A stretch of DNA of 64,000 nt from Catajapyx aquilonaris (taxonomy: Eukaryota): assembly GCA_000934665.2 (NCBI GenBank), contig KZ538326.1, positions 1-64,000 of the forward strand, in the 5' to 3' direction. Positions 11,244 through 25,010 of this stretch are shown piece by piece. Each line of letters starts with the position of its first letter. Within the stretch, counting starts at the first letter, position 1. The position numbers and the translations under genes are program-made. The notes under the pieces are model-generated. The model was not told the DNA's origin. It did not search any database and worked only from the letters and a program-made list of their open reading frames with translations.

Positions 11244-11375
11244 CTTCGCATTTGAGTCCTTGTCGAACAAGTCCAAAGAGCATTTCACCACAAAAGTCGC
11301 AGAAAGTGGGAGCCTTGTAGGAATGCACCGACAAGGCATGAGGTCGGATCTGCACATCATCTGCAGGTGCGTGAG
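11244..11375 (-). CDS. PKD: PKD coding exon 3 (C1a start)
   Basis: (A)[43 protein letters not shown]; acceptor ttattag, donor GTGAGA; phase 1 to 1. An in-frame alternative acceptor is possible at 11360. Confidence 0.95.
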
Positions 11376-11751
11376 CTAATAAATAAAAGACACATGTTAG
11401 CTACTGTTAGAACTGTCAAGTAGCTTATATTTTTAAAATAAAAATATCTGGCACAGGTAAATTTAAAACATTTGGAATCCTGGTAACAACAGTGATATGA
11501 AGTGCCATTGTGTAGTGGGGCTAAGGTGCTCCAGTTTCTCCAAAGCTGGAACATCTCGGCCTACCATAAATTATTGCAGATGGCACAATCACGACTAGAA
11601 CCATTTCTAATTTGTCCCACTCCTCTGTACAGCTATCCTGCTACTTCACAATGCAGCCCGAACAATAGCCGCTTTACGGCCCAGGCGCGTTGCACAAAAC
11701 TCCATAAATCCTCTGCCACACGGCCAGGACAGCAAATAGGTGGCGTCTGAC

Positions 11752-11890
11752 CTGTCATGACGATCTCCACCAGCGTTTCGTCAGTGACCTCGGAAGCTGC
11801 ATTGATGAGCTGCAAGATGTTTGGCGAGTTGTAGTCGTGTCGGAAGAGCAGCAGCCGCTCGTTCAGCCGGTTCAGTCCATGTTCAGGAAA
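11752..11890 (-). CDS. PKD: PKD coding exon 2 (second half of ubiquitin-like domain)
   Basis: FPEHGLNRLNERLLLFRHDYNSPNILQLINAASEVTDETLVEIVMT; acceptor tttcag, donor GTCAGA; phase 0 to 1. Confidence 0.93.
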
Positions 11891-14665
11891 CTGAAACGAC
11901 GTCGGAATTGTCCTTTAACACGCCATCCTCCATTCGGTTGTCACAACGGTTCTGCACACACACACACAACAAACAAACAAAAAACAAACAAAAAAGAGAT
12001 GCGGAAGGGAAGTGACACCTCGCGAAAAATTTCACCAAGGTTGTGTTTCCGCCGGTAAACCCCAGGAATTCGGACTGGCCCGCCAATGGTAGCTCCAAGT
12101 CATTTTGACGCCTATATGTCAACAGACGCCCCCAAAAAACGAAATAACTCTTACCACCACCACCCCCCCACCCCCCAAAAAATGGTCCTGCATCGCGCTT
12201 ATACTGCTGTAAATTGCAGCAATTATGAGTGGAGCGGCCGGAATAAAAGATAATGAAAGGAGCGTAATAAGCAGAGATAGCTGGCATTTTACGAGTGGGG
12301 GCCAAACGGCTCCGTCTCTGCTGTGCCTGCCCCAAAGTGCTGTTCTCTCAAGAGGCCCATTCAGAGCCGCCAACTCGATCTTGTAGCCGGCCAGCCCCAT
12401 TCCTTCTCTCCGCCCCCTCAAAAATATCTGCCACAACAATGAGGCGACGACGTGATGAATGGCCCTCCGGAAGACCCCACAGAGGTGCGCAACCCGCCCC
12501 CATGAATATTTATGTCCACGCGATAGTCTGGCCTGCAATTCATCCAACCCTATTCAGTACCGAATAAGCCTATGGTGGTGGACACCTCCACTGTACAAAG
12601 ATACATGCCGAGTGCAGATGAATATGAAAGTTGGGGGAGGCCATTAGGAAAGTCGAAAGATAAATCCATATCCAACTGCAAGTCTGACACTTAGATGCGG
12701 GGGTGCAATTAGTGCAGATTTCCCAGGGGGTTTTGCACTACTTGTGATGACCAACAAGTGGTTGGGAGACGGTGAAGAAAAAGGCATGCGTTTATGGCCC
12801 AACCGGTGTCCTTGGCCCCTCGCATTCTGAGCGGTCCTTGGCCCCACTCTTTACTAAAAAAATTTTTTCTTCGGTACCTTGCCCACACCATGTGGGTATA
12901 GGGTGTACACGGATCAATCGGATAGATCCCTGGTATCAGCTGAGATAAGAAGCTTGATTTTTCCATCCATACCTGATGGGCAACCCGAAGCCCCTTGGTG
13001 CTTTAATGGTCCATTATACTTATTATTTTCCCGGATAACCTATATTCACTGATTTTTGGCCGTACTTTATTGATGCAAGTTGGATCCTTCAGGATACCTC
13101 CAGAAAGATGAAGACCTGTCGTCTGCTGTGGATGGGAAGGATCAAACTGGGCCTTATCTATAGCTGGCGTTCAAATAATCTAGCCACTTGATCCGGGCGG
13201 CTTTCTTTGGCGACACCCTGGTTCGAACTCTCAACCGCGGGCTAAAAGCCGAGAAGAAACGTTAAAAAAAACCTAGTACTTGGCAACTTGGAATATTAAG
13301 TAACTCGTACTAGTAAATTGCACTGTACTGTACAAGTATTTGTCCTTCGCCGTTCCACTCCATGCATTCTTAGCATCTTCAAGGGTACTCTTTGATGTTC
13401 CGAAGTATTATGCTTTTACTGCAGCAAGCTAGGAATGGGATACGGCCTTCAAAGGTAGGTTCACGGTTTGATTTCGATATCTCCGCCCGTTCCTTTTCTG
13501 CAAAAATGAAATCCTCACCCTTACAGTATGTTGAAAACGATTACGTAAAGACCTGTATGCTTCCCGATTTATTTGCGTTTGGTACCCCATTAAAATTTTC
13601 ACTTCGCGAGAGCGTGCTGAGAGTAAACTTCTTTAGAGAAAAATAACTTTTATGCATTCGTTTCGATTTAAACATCTACCAAACCGTGAAAAAATTGATA
13701 TAACGACTTTGGAAAAAGTTCCGACTTAGTTCCATGGAAAATCCGACGCCTCAGATAAAACACTCAGAAACTCAGATAAAATGTGCGGAAGCATAATTAC
13801 GTCATATGGCTTGAAGTTTACTACTAGACAGTGGTGCATTGCTCACAGTTCAAGGGGCGAAGTTAGCTACTGTTTACCCCCATTAAAGAGAAGAAACTCG
13901 CTGGAAGCAGGTTCTCGTAATTGTTACTTCTCTTCATACTGGTTGCTAGAAAAGCAATCCATATCTTCTCCTGAACTCAGGACGTGGGTGGAGCACCACC
14001 CTGTGTGCATTCACCCTGTATTCCAGTGAGCTCGTTTACTTGCGACACAGGCTACACTAGCACACGCTCCTTGTGCAGTCATATGTATGGGAAAAACTTG
14101 GGATGTTGGACAGGCTCCCATGGCAGCAGCAGCCTTATTAAACGATGCCTATGCTCGCAAACAAATTTGATATCATCGAAATGGTATTTCCACGGTTTCT
14201 GGATGACTTTCGTTGCGATCAATTTTCCAGCGTGTAGGGGGGGCATCCAAGTTGTGGGAAAACTGGGAGAGATGTATACAGTGCTTCTCCCGTGTCCGAC
14301 CTTTTCCAGGTCGCCAGCATCACATGGCTATGTGCAGCGGAGCATGTTGCAAAACGCACCCAGGCTAATTAGATCATTAGTGTACAATGGCATCCCACTC
14401 TCTATAGGTGTTTCAATTGATAACATATCAGGTCGATTGCATATTCAAGCTAATTAACATATCCAGCAACTGTGAATTATTTCAAATAACAGTTCAATGA
14501 GGATGCCAATCACGCAATGACGTCAAAAGGAAGTGTCCATATAACATGCATGCAATACAATGCCCAGAGAACATCCGCCTGGCATTAAAATTTCCAATCT
14601 CCAATTCGGCGCATCTAAAATGCTGAAGCGACACGCCAGCTCAAAAACGGATAGCGGATCGTATC

Positions 14666-15312
<647 letters not shown>

Positions 15313-18300
15313 TCTACTCCGGGATGGTGTTTCCAGAAAAACGCATTTCCTTGTCTCCCAAAAACAAGGAATGACGAGGGGCCAACGCATTCCCGAAGGC
15401 CGTAAAATCCGAAACCTACCATGGTTTATGAACTCTCACCTACGTGCTAAGGGAGCTCGAAAAGGCCAATGTGAAACAAGCCTTTTGGCAGCCCATACAC
15501 CACACACACGCACCTACAGAGTCCACAAAAGTCAAAATCCTTCAGGCCTTCCGAATCAATGCGAGACAGGAAATTTGGTCCTCTGACGTCATCGGCTAAC
15601 CGGATAATCGTATTGTTGGCAGAATGAGCCCGAAGTTTCGCTCTCCCAAGAGAGTGTGGCAAAAGGTGAAGAGGCTGGGTTTGGGGCTAATTCGGACTCC
15701 CATCCCTAGAACTGCATTGTGGGGCAACGCACTTAGCGAGTGCCACTGCAGCAGGAGTTAGAAGTCGTCAAGTTCTGGCGAGTAAACCGTCTCTGAAGGA
15801 GAACTACTTGGAGAGAGAGAAAGGCCTCTGGCAAACACAACCAGCTCCCGGAAACTTTGCAGCACTGACATGTCTGCTACGATTGTTCAGGACAGACAGC
15901 GCGAAACTACCTGCATAATTGAATGAATAAAGGGATGGTGGGTGCAACATGGGGAGAGATGCCGAGAGGTTGTGGGGGGAATCGGTATACAGAAGGATGT
16001 GATTTCAAAACCGCGGCACGTCTAACCTCTCAGGTGTTGCGATATCATAATTTTCCGCGAATTTACCACCAGGAAAATTCTGGCTAAACAGTTGCGCCAA
16101 TGAGGACAAGATGGCTACAAAGTATTGACCTCATATATTTTGACGTTCTAATTAAGAGTTGGGCAAATTCGGCCTGGCAGCCTCTTGCACACACAATAGT
16201 TGTCGTGTATAGTGATGCCCCCAGTCTTCCTCCTGAGACCCGGAAATAGTTATTGGAATTCGATTTGTCACGTTCTATTGGTCCCTCCTTCGCTCCCGGG
16301 GAACAAATGGAGTTTCCTTTGAAATTCAGTAACAGGCAGGGGTTTCATTTATCCTCATTGTGGACGTTCGGACAGGCACGAGTGGTGATGTCACATTCAG
16401 AATGGGCCGTCGACCCCGTCACTAACCCGAATCAACAGGTCAAAAAAAATTGCGAATTTCACACCCGATCCGGTTCGACGATAGGCTCCGTGGGGGGAAA
16501 AAAATGAACCGTTGGCCAGATGATAGTCGGCCGAGACAGCCATCCCACCCTGACATTTGCATGTGTTGAGCTGCGATGTCCCCCACACCTTTTACGACCC
16601 TTTGTCCTGTCTGGCCCGACATGCATTTTCCATTAATACCCCGGAGCTTCTTTCTCATCCCAACAGGGGGCGCTCGACTGACTCTTTTCTCCCGCCATTT
16701 TTTTTTCCTCCACTATACTTTTCTGGACATGGGGTCTTGCATTCCGACAGAATGAGTCGCCAGGGGAACATTCACAGTGCCAGCAGCCAAGGGCATCCAA
16801 GCGAAACTCACACAGGAAAGGGGTTATTCCTCCTCCAATCACCATGCTCTCTAAGTGGGAACCTTCATGCCAAGGAACTTAAAATAATAAAAAAGTTTCT
16901 TCCGTTCATTGGCTTTCCTGCGGATGGCCCCACCATTTGTTTCCGGCTGGACCCACCCGCCTTGTAATGTCTTGATTTTTTCCTGGCTCCGACAGCAGCA
17001 TTTCTGGGGAGGGAGCGGTACCATGGGTGTCAAGATGCGCGGCACGTGCTGGACGTCCATGCTGATTAGTTATGGCGGCTTATTAGCATGCAGGCGAGTC
17101 GGCAGTCTCCAAAACAAAAGGAAAAAGCGAGCGCGAGCCTAATCCCAATGCGGCAAATGATAGCACTCAAGGGAACCCGTGGCGCAGGCAGGCCCTGCTG
17201 ATATTGAACAGAAGGCCTGTGTCAGCTACCAACATGCCTTAATTACTCACACCTACAGCCTATTTTGTCTATTCCACCGCCTATAACATGGGGGCGGACC
17301 AGGATATATCGAAAATAGCGTATTTTAAAAAAATCAATCACTCCATTTCATTAACACCATATAGCGATATTTCGCAATATCACACTGCCTATACCCAGCC
17401 AGATCCAATCTCAGTGCACACTTACAGTGCAGGCTTCTCGTTAGTCCACCATCAAATTACATCGAATCCGTACAATATACACGTCCGAATCTAATCAAAC
17501 GAGGCTTCAGTCACCCCGAGCTAATGAATACTTTTCGCCTGCTGGACATATAAATAGAACTAGCAATCTCCAACTTCTCCAAGTGCCTTTTGGTCGGCTT
17601 CCGGTTCAACTGACGTCATATATATCTGCCCTCTTTTTTTCTCTCTAAGACTTGACACATTATATATGACGACCTGGTCCTTAATAGACGTTAGCATTTG
17701 CAGGCTGATTACTCAGTGTCTGCCTGGACCAAATTACGGGGCCCAGACTGCTGAGGTATCTTCTGCAAGCAGCACAACTTCCGAGATAAATTGTATGCGA
17801 GAAGGCGCCTCCAACGATATGAGCACAAAATTCCACTATCGCGCACTGCTCTTCTTCGCCTTGATTTATAGCAGTTTCGGGGCGGCGGCTTTTCGGATTT
17901 TGACGCAATTTCCGAGGGCTGCGCAGGCAATAAGGGAGCGGCAGATAGCGACGAAAAAATAAACAATGGGCCGCGAGAAAAAGAAAATTTCGCATAGAAA
18001 AGAGCGCGTCTTTTCCCAGCTGGCCGTTTCCGCCAGCGCCGAAATACATCCTTCATTACCATGTCTTAATTGAGCCCATTAACGCCCCCTGCAGCACTTA
18101 TTAAGCCTGCTCATATTTCCATACATATTAAACATGCAGCTTCTGCATACTTGCCTCCCTGGAATTCCAGAGACTCAAAGATCTGTCCCGGCTGCTAGTT
18201 AGCGGCCATTAACATAATACCAGCATGATTACGTAACGCTAATTAGGTTCATAGCTAGCCAATCCTGATGAGATATCCGGTGGAAATATGATCCCAATCG

Positions 18301-20713
18301 GTATTTTTTTTCTATACATAAAGCGTGTGGAATCCAAGGCTATTCTTGCGCAGTCCGTTTTATCATTTTCTTCTTTTTATCATGCTGGCAAGTGCTGGAA
18401 CGTGGAACAGACAGAGGCAAAAACTGATATCTTCTCGGGTCTGCTTTCAAACTTTTTTTCCCCTATTGCCTGACCTCCACTTGTGTCGCACCAAAGGACA
18501 CAAAGCAAGGAGAAAAAAATTGCAAACTGTCAGTAGCCTTTTGCGAGGACTATTTGTTCCACTGACCACATGTTGCGTATGTTTGTCAAGGTCGGTACTG
18601 TACTATTGCGGTCACTAGGGGGCGGATCTCATTGCACATATCAAATGTCGAACGGTACACAGCAAATAAAGTCAAACGTTGTAATTGTCCTTCAGAAGGA
18701 CCCTATTTTCCTACCCGATCATTACACCTACTTTTCTATGCAAAACAGCAGATAACAAAATCTCCCGTCCCTTGTTTACATACACAACAGTTTGCTTTTT
18801 TTTTTTCGAATCACCTTCGCGTGTCAACATTCGCCGCCTTTCATGTTACCAGCACGTTTTGTCGCACTTGGTCAATTACGCTTTGGAACTCTAAGCCGGA
18901 TGGGAACAAAAAACTACTAGCGCGTGTTTAGTCCACACAGCTGGAAAAATAGGCGAAAAAACACATAGCAGAAAATAAATCACGAGTTTCGTCTGCTCTT
19001 GCGACGGAAGGTGAGGGTCAACTTTCCTATTACGGGCCACCTATCAAGTGCCTCCCAGGCCTTGGAACATCGTTTCCGCCTCAATGAACCACAACTTATT
19101 ACCTCCATACCTGTCGTCAAAAGTAGCTCTCCGATAATAGGAAGAAGTTGCCTGGAAATATCGCGTCGCCGCAGCGGTATCTATACAGCTAAAGGCGGTC
19201 CCGAGGTTTATGAGGCTCAAAGTTCATGCCTCTGCTCGTCTAGACATTTTTTATTCCCTTTTTTCGCCATATCCACCATTCACAATAATTTACTTCCAAT
19301 AATTACATCACGTGTTTACGTCGCGTTTGGCTTTAACGTCCCTCATTATTTTATCCGCGAAATATACGATCGATCCTAGAAAATTCCTAGAATACTCCTC
19401 GGAACCTTATCTGCACAGCATCAAACTTTTACAATAAAAAAAAAAGGTCTGGGTATCCTGTCGAATGTCACCATCGATTGACCTGAAAATGGTGCTACCT
19501 GCCTGACTTGGCCATATGAGATAGTTGTAACCTGACGTGTCCGACAGCGTGCCTGGAGGATATTGCGTTTCGTCCTTTCGCAATATAACCGCCCACTGGT
19601 GTCTAGCATCTCACTTGCTTCAAAGAAGCTTCACTTCAGGACCTTTCTGGCTCTTCACATCATATATCCTGTGCCACAATGCGTTCCAATTCATCAACCT
19701 GAAGCCATGAGCGTGACGCCGAAAGCAGACCACTTGTTTGTTGTATACAGGGTACGTGCTTCAAGTTGGTGGAAAGAAGCACTCTTTTCAGTACGAGACT
19801 TTCCAGCTGGGTAGGGCAGATAAGGGACATTTGACACTGGGTTATGTCACGTTGATTTTAGGATCACTGCGCAGAGTCACGCTGGTGTAGACACCTACTT
19901 TTCCCTAAACAAAAATGTTTTTTTTTTTTTTTTTGAACCAGCTTTTCGGTTGCCTTTGTTTCATTACGACCTTCCTGATGTCACGCTCTGCCTAACTCCA
20001 TCTAACGTCACGTACTTTATGGTCGGCTCCTTTTCTGCATTTCACTATTACCGTAAGATGAGACCAAGGTTCATGCCATAAACGGACGGGAGAGAACTGA
20101 CCATAAAACCTCAACCAACTAGCAACGGGAACCGAACCCGGTTCCCCCATGACAGGCAACCCAACCTGGTAACCTGAACAAGTACAGCGTGATAGGTAGC
20201 TGCTACCCACAGTATACAACAGCACCATAGCAGTTCTGCGGTCCAGATTGGGCGGCATGTGTTGCCACGCGATGCTCCAGCAATGCCCCCCCAAAATAGC
20301 ATTATAATCAAAGTCTGGCTTTTGCGGTTTCCTGCCTAACCGATTGGCCCGACTTCATAGCTGTGCATCAATACGACGTTACCGAGCCCCAGTCTTTAAA
20401 CTGGCCGGACTAAAATCAATGCTCATAAAAACCACAACGTTGTTCCAACTATTTCTTGAGAGTCCCAGCACACCCATACTTCATTGCGGGAGCCCTTCCC
20501 TAATAAAACCGACCATGTCCATTTTTATTTGGGCCCATCTATATCGGGGGGCGGGTGGGGTGAGGGGGGGGGGGGTATTATACAGCCTACTAAAACGGTT
20601 GGGCGGGCTGACGGCACAAAAGCTGGGACAATGACCAGCTCCGATGTGCGCTTCGTTTGCCCGGGTGAGGGAAATTAAGTAAATAACGTCAATGACAAAT
20701 CACGTGTGGCAGT

Positions 20714-20752
20714 NNNNNNNNNNNNNNNNNNNNNNNNNNNNNNNNNNNNNNN
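20714..20752. other. Assembly gap (N run) next to poly-G
   Basis: N bases followed by a G run. Confidence 0.95.
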
Positions 20753-23700
20753 GGGGGGGGAGGGAAGCTGATGAGAGCTGCCATTGCGATGTTTACAGTC
20801 TCTTACGTCATGTTTGACGGTAGGCAAAGTGGCAAAGGGATGCTCCCCTCTCCGGCATTAACGCTATATTCATCTCTAAGTCAATTACACCCAGCTCTGT
20901 GAGCAGGAAACGCCACAAATGGGGGGAAAGCAGTAAGAATGGGCCAGCATATGAGCAAATTAACCATACCGCGGATTACACACTGCTACCTACATTTTTC
21001 TACAGAATATTTTAAATTCTGGCTAAAGCTTCCAGAGTGTAATTTTTTAAAAGTGTCTATCCCTTTCATTTTTGGCTACTGACTGTGACAGATCTGTGGT
21101 CCCACAATGGCTACGGCTATCCCACAATGACTAGGTGACTTCACCTTGATATGGAACCGTTTGGAACCTATTCACTGGTCCAACGCCTATAGCAAACGTC
21201 AATAGGACGCTAGCTTTTAGACCTTACGCAATGGCCAACTGGTGATTCTCCACACCCGTGCGTAGCGCAGTTGCAGTGTTAAATGCACTTTCCCAGCACG
21301 ATAACGAGCGTAATGAACGCAATTTATTTCCCGGCCTGGGTTGATTAGGCCGACCTGTTGGAAAATAATCCAGAGCATACACCAGCAGCAAGGCCCGCCA
21401 GCATCATCCAGCGGCGGGGCAGGGGCGCCATCGATTCCCCCCCCCCCCTCCCTCCCAAAGATTCCGGTGGCATCGACCCGAAAGAAATGTATTCAGCGGC
21501 TAAAGGTCATTTACACACTCGCTGAATTCGCGGTGGTCTTGAGACGCCATTAACAAAGCCAGTCTCGGCCGATCAATTATTCCTAGGCGGGGAGGGGTAA
21601 GGTAATGCTCGACATTGCGCGTAATTGCTTCAATTCCCTTTCAATGATCCTCCCCTTCGACTTGATACACGTTGGTGCTAATTACCGTTGCCACCGAGAC
21701 AAGAATGAAAGGAGGTTAACTCTCAGGTCCACATCGCATGAATAAATGAAATTAGGAGTAGTTTTGGCCAAAAGGTGATTTGTATAGCTTGAATTAAGAT
21801 GGGGTCCTTAAATATCAATCTTGATTAATTAGAGCCATTCCTGGCTAAGACCTTTCACACCTGTCAGACCGTTTTCCCGGCTCTTAATATTTCGCATTCC
21901 TGGATTTCTGTCACACAATTGCTCGCTGATGCGGACTGGGAGGCTTTCAAATTATAACCGCCGGATTGTCATTTTGCAGGGGATTAAGGTGGCCTAGAGT
22001 GGATGAGGCCTTCCACATCTCGGGTTCTGAGTTGGGAGCCTAGGATTGAAGGGACTGGTCCAATAGGTGGGCTCAGCATCCTCCTACAGCATGCAAACAG
22101 CGCCTACAGTCAGGCTGCTCTGGACGCTGTTCTCAAATATTTATCAACTTTCAATATTGATGTTACAGCTGCAGTGGATGTTCATTTTAAATCGACCTTG
22201 TGTTTAATATTATTCAATGTTTGCATTTTCTCCGCCAATTGTTTTGCTAACAAAACCGATGCACACATTAAATCACGATGGACTTCATCTAATATGCAAA
22301 TTCAATACAGCTACCAATGCTGTTCCCTTAATATATTAACAACGTTTCATCAGCAATAATTTATTAGTTTCGACCCATTATTAGCTTCAATTGACGTCGC
22401 AATGACTTTCTACAGGACCGAAGTCAGTGCGTTTCTTCACATGGTCCCGTCGCATTTTAAATTAAATTCCATCCGTGACATGACATGTAACTTTACCCAA
22501 TACCATCTCCATGCATCTCCCCCGTGCTATTGTGCCCCAGTTAGGATTTCTCCAGTGAAATCAAGCGATGTCCTTTCATCTCAGCCGATATTACCTGGCA
22601 GCCTTCTAATTGGAACATACCACCTGATACGATCTGACCCTAATAAAAAATTCCGCTATTCTCAATAAAACGTACCTCTCCCATCTCAACAAAAAAAACA
22701 GTACATAAAAATGTTCAATGCATATCGGATGACACCAAAAATCCAGCCAACCTAGGCGCAAAATTCCAACCAGACATCAGCAGTGACGGATTTGCAGCGG
22801 TATGGAGAGCATGGCCCGAATGAATTTTGAACCCCATGCAGTAATTTTGGGAATGTGGGAAAAGGAATGGCGTGGCTGCAGGACCAAGGGATGCCTCAAC
22901 GATTTTGAGGCGGCAACTCGTGATGCTGTGAGGGGTGGATAGACAGTTGGGTAGACGAATCGCACACATTTCACCCTGGCTGCTAGCTATAGTAGGGGAC
23001 ACCGCCCATTGTCGTGTATCGGAAACCTATTGATTATCCCTCCTGATGCTCCTCCGCAGCTGCCGATCCACGCCTTGATTTATGGGATTCAGGAAAATTG
23101 CAACCTAGAATGTCTAGGACTTGATATATATAAAAAAAGGAAGCAACAGGATAAAAAAAAGGAAGGGTAATCGAAACGTCAAGGAAGTTGGAGTATAATA
23201 AGATATGAGATTACTCATTCGGAATGAAGTTGGTTCTGTCGATATCTCTTACTCAGAGGGTACGTTTCATCATGGAATAAAGGGGACATCCTGTTCTTCA
23301 TTATATTTGATACGGAGAAAAAGGGCTTGTTATTATTTCGTCCTACCACTGGACTTTCTGAATCAAACGATCACCTCTGTCACCCAGCAATGGTTTACAT
23401 TTTCAATGTTAAAAATAGCTACCGGTACCTGAAGATAATATCTGCCTGACAGCATCATATAGAGAAGGCAATTTATCTGGTACTCTATTAATAGCATCGC
23501 CCCAGCAAACACGCAATGAATTATCAATCCCGTTGTTACCTAAGTTAGCTCTATATAACACGACCCTTACAGATTCCCCAATTAAGAGGAACACTATGTA
23601 GCATCACGGACCCAATATAACAAAGGTCGCAGACGTCATTTTGCCTGTTTCAAATATAACAATTCTGAGAAACTACATCCGCTGTGGACACGATGACACG

Positions 23701-24099
23701 ATGCCTGCGTGACTCCACCAACGCCGGAACGGTTCATTTGATTTTGATATGATGATATCCTGTCTGCTTTCATCATCTCCATCTTCTGTTACCAGAGCAC
23801 TTCATTATTGTAATGCGCTGAGTGCGGACAAAATAAGGTATGCGCAAGTATTCGAGTTGAGCATCGTGCTGGGTTAACACGACTTAGTTGATAGCTGGTG
23901 ATTAGTTTATCTCTCGACTACATAAAGACTTGACCCTGGCTGACATTGTTGTTGTCAACGCTAATCTGTAGCAATTGAGATTCGGTTTTTTAAAAAAGGG
24001 CAATTTCTGGGTCGCTTCTCACCTCAGATATAGGCCTATATGGCGCTTTTTATGCGCCTCACATATGCCGCAGAAACTAGAATCAACCTCTTGTAATCA

Positions 24100-25010
24100 C
24101 TAATCAACAATGGGGGATACATTTAATTGTCGTGACTCTGTTGAAAGTACTTGCTTGGTCAAACAAAACTCCAGCAATTTATTCTCCTGTACCCCGCTTT
24201 CGAACCAGAGACTAGGGCAGTGCACCATCACGTACAGCTACACTAGAGCCTTCAAGGGCCATGACCCTTTGACCTGAAATTACCTTATTATAGGCACTTC
24301 GGGCCAGTTTTGTTTGAATTTGAATGAATAATTTAAAATATTTAACTTCACCTGAAAGCGTGATTGCCGTCTGACGGTTTCAGCAACTACTAGTAAACCT
24401 GAGTGGAACTGGTCGCCTGCGTTAATTGAGAGTCAAGTTTTAAAAATGCCATTTCTAAGGCCTGTGACGTCTGTCTTGGGTACGTGACAATAATAATTAT
24501 TGTCGTGTACTTCAAATGTGAGTCAGGGGGAAAGTGTAATTTCTAGGTCTGTGACGTCTGTGTTGGGTACGCGACACTATTGTACTGCAAATGTGAGTCA
24601 GGTGAAACAAAAAAAGTTATTTGTCGCCCTTATTGGGTACGCGACACAAAATTACCGCAGGCGACCAGATCCACTCAGGTCTACTATAGCAGTTGCTGAA
24701 ACCGTCAGGCGGCATATTATTTGGATTGCGACGTACTTTAATATTTTAAATAATTAATTCAAATTAAAACAAAACTGGCCAGAAGTGCCGATAAGGTACT
24801 TTCAGGTCAAAGGGCCATGACCCATGAGGGCTCTATGCTCTCGTTTAGTGGTACGTGGTGGTACACTGCCCAAGTCTCCGGTTCAAAAGCGGGGTGTACA
24901 TGAGAAGAATTTAGGAGTTTTATTCGAGCAGGTACATTTAATTGTCGTGACTCTGTTGAAAAGAGTCACGACAATTAAATGTATCCCCGATATCCCCGGT
25001 TGTTGATGAG
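24100..25010. mobile_element. Diverged MITE with long (about 250-bp) inverted arms and internal tandem repeats
   Basis: GGGGATACATTTAATTGTCGTGACTCT (24113) vs AGAGTCACGACAATTAAATGTATCCCC (to 24988). Arms about 24100-24345 and 24740-25010; TTAA follows at 25011. Internal repeats TGTGACGTCTGT..TTGGGTACG at about 24463 and 24550. Confidence 0.8.

Noticed and set aside
12560..13140. Possible LINE reverse transcriptase 3' relic (GFGLP-like motif on the minus strand)
   Set aside because: Only a few residues match and frames are broken; not supportable without a search.
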